64,000 nt of DNA from NCBI GenBank assembly GCA_043228905.1, contig JBHGNT010000011.1, forward strand, positions 5,642,001 through 5,706,000. The letters run 5' to 3'. The notes below the pieces were generated by a model. That model had not been told where the DNA came from, ran no database searches, and worked only from the letters and a program-made list of their open reading frames with translations. Positions 61,990 to 64,000 of this stretch are shown here, piece by piece. The stretch comes from Azolla caroliniana (lineage: Eukaryota; Plantae; Polypodiophyta). Numbering within the stretch: the first letter of the stretch is position 1; each line of letters opens with the position of its first letter. A program made the translations under genes and the position numbers.

Positions 61990-64000
61990 ATGGTCAGAAG
62001 GGGTGCCTTGTTCATCCGTGGTCCTTCTCCAAAGCTTCTTCTTCATACTGCTTCTTCTTCTGTTTCCAGGTATGTCAAGCTTCCTAGGTGTAAATAAAAT
62101 CATGTTCGTGTTTGGAGGGTTTCAGGGTTTTATAGTTTTAGGGTTTAAGCTTTAAGCTGTAATGTTTTAGAGCTGCATGGTTGTATGGTTTAATCATGTT
62201 CTATGGATGTCATTTCCCTAGGTTAATGTATTATTATCTAATGTGATTATTTAGGGTTTAGGGGAGCTTTAAACAAGGTTTAGAGAAGGTTTAAGATTAA
62301 GGATTGGGGGAAAGTTTAAGTAGGATTTAGGGGAAGTTTAGGGCTAGGATTCAGGGAAGTTTACCGTTCCATGTATGAGATCTTCCTATGTTTAACTGTA
62401 TCATTATCTCATGTGATAATTTGGGTTTTATGATTTAAGAAGGTTTACGGTTTAGGCTAATAGTTGGGGTTTAAAAGTTATACTTTTGCACGACCCAACA
62501 GCTCAGACTGCAGTATAACTATTCGGGAATTTAAAGCTCTATGTAAGCAAGGTCATCTTCATAGTGCGATTCGCATCCTTTACTATCTAGAAGAACAGGG
62601 ATACCAGAAGAGCTCATATACATATGTATGCCTTTTGCAAGGATGCACTCAATCTAATGCCTTAGAAGAAGGCAGGCTTATTCATGGTGATGTTGTAAAA
62701 CATGACCTGAACCCGAATATCTTCATCTCTAGTACAATTATTCATATGTATGCTCGATTGGGTAGCATTGAAGATGCTCAGGTTGTATTTGATGGTATGC
62801 CAGAACGGAATTTGGTCACATGGAGTACTATGATTGAAGCTTATTGCCAACATGAGAAATATGAAGAAGCACTTGATGCTTTCTTGAGGATGAGAAAGGA
62901 AGATTTGGTACCTGATCTGGTCAACTTTGCTAGTGTTTTCAAGGCTTGCGCTGGTCTCAGAGACCTTGCAAGAGGGAAGACTATTCATGAGCTCCTGAAA
63001 AGAAGTGGAATCAAGGCAAATAATATGTTGGGAAACTCTCTCCTCAATATGTATATGAAATGTGGTAGTATGAACGATGCAAGGGAAGTGTTCGATAACA
63101 TGGAAGAAAGAGATGCAGGGTCTTGGAGTATTATCATTTCAGGATATGCAAAGAATGGAAATGCGGGTGAAGCAATGCGTTTGTTCCAGAACATGCAATA
63201 TTCTAATATAGAACCTGATGAAGTGACATTTTTGAGTATCTTAAATGCATGTGCTGTAATTGGAGATTTGGAACAACTGAACAAAATTTATGATCACATC
63301 AAGAAGAGTGGAGCAAAACTTAGCAATTTCACATGGAATACACTCATTGATGTGTATGCCAAGTGCGGCAGCTTAACAGATGCTCAAAATCTTTTCCTAG
63401 AGATTATGGAACGAGATGCTGTTACTTGGAATGCAATGATTGCAGGGTTGACCAAGCATGGGCATCACGGAGATGCTGTAAGGTTGCACGGACAAATGCT
63501 TATGGAGGGAATTCATCCCGACCCAGTCAGTTTTGTAAGTGTTCTCAATGCTTGTACGGCATCTGAAGACTTGGAATATGGCCAGCGGATCCACTCACAA
63601 ATATTCAAAAGCAAAGATTTTGTCAATGTTTTCGTGGAGAATGCTCTCGTTGATATGTATGCAAAATGTGGAAGCCTAACCACTGCGCGACAAGTGTTCG
63701 AGAATATGCGTAAGCGAAACATTGTCTCTTGGAACACAATGATAGCTGGTTATGGCAAACACAGCCTTGACCATGATGTTTTGCTACTCTTTGAGCGGAT
63801 GTGTGATGAAGGTGTGAAGCCAGATGAGTTCACATATGTAAGCTTGCTCAATGCATGCTCTACAATAGCAGCGTTAGAGCCAGGGATGCAAAGTCACCAT
63901 GACATTCTAATGAGCAATCATGAATTTGATGTGTTTGTGGGGAATGCTCTTATTGACATGTATGCGAAATGTGGGAGGATCATGGATGCTAACAAAGTCT
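61990..64000 (+). CDS. PLS-class pentatricopeptide repeat protein (probable organellar RNA-editing factor), 3'-incomplete
   Basis: Exon 1 is 61990-62069 (MVRRGALFIRGPSPKLLLHTASSSVS, transit-peptide-like; start codon uncertain). GT-AG intron 62070-62501. The open frame then runs to the window end with repeated motifs (IHMYARLGSIEDAQVVFD, NMYMKCGSMNDAREVFD, VTWNAMIAG, NALVDMYAKCGSL). Confidence 0.9.

Overview
Land-plant nuclear DNA, most likely from a seed-free lineage such as a fern or lycophyte (inferred from the retroelement types, not proven). It holds four host genes: an MCTP-family C2-domain/PRT_C gene with an intronless CDS (+), a multi-exon DUF2045/KIAA0930-like gene (-), a 13-exon FKBP62/65 (ROF1/ROF2-like) TPR immunophilin (-), and a PLS-class PPR gene running off the right edge (+). 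Between them are nested retrotransposon clusters: one intact, very young Ty1/copia with apparently identical LTRs and a CTGCT TSD, several decayed copias, a chromodomain gypsy, other gypsy fragments and LINE remnants. The most unusual region is 56.5-59.1 kb. Two insertions there end in INVERTED copies of the same LTR U3 terminus, and each has a near-perfect 5-bp TSD. One contains about 580 bp of 18S rRNA joined through a 7-nt microhomology, plus a fold-back junction exactly at the PBS/self-primer. LTRs of this family and of the related chromovirus also carry an outward-facing tRNA-like B-box module and heat-shock-element arrays. Other observations: two nested elements that both lack RT-RNase H, a candidate GA-AG intron, and a 5-copy stem-loop array. 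Coordinates and alignments were read by eye; no database searches were run.
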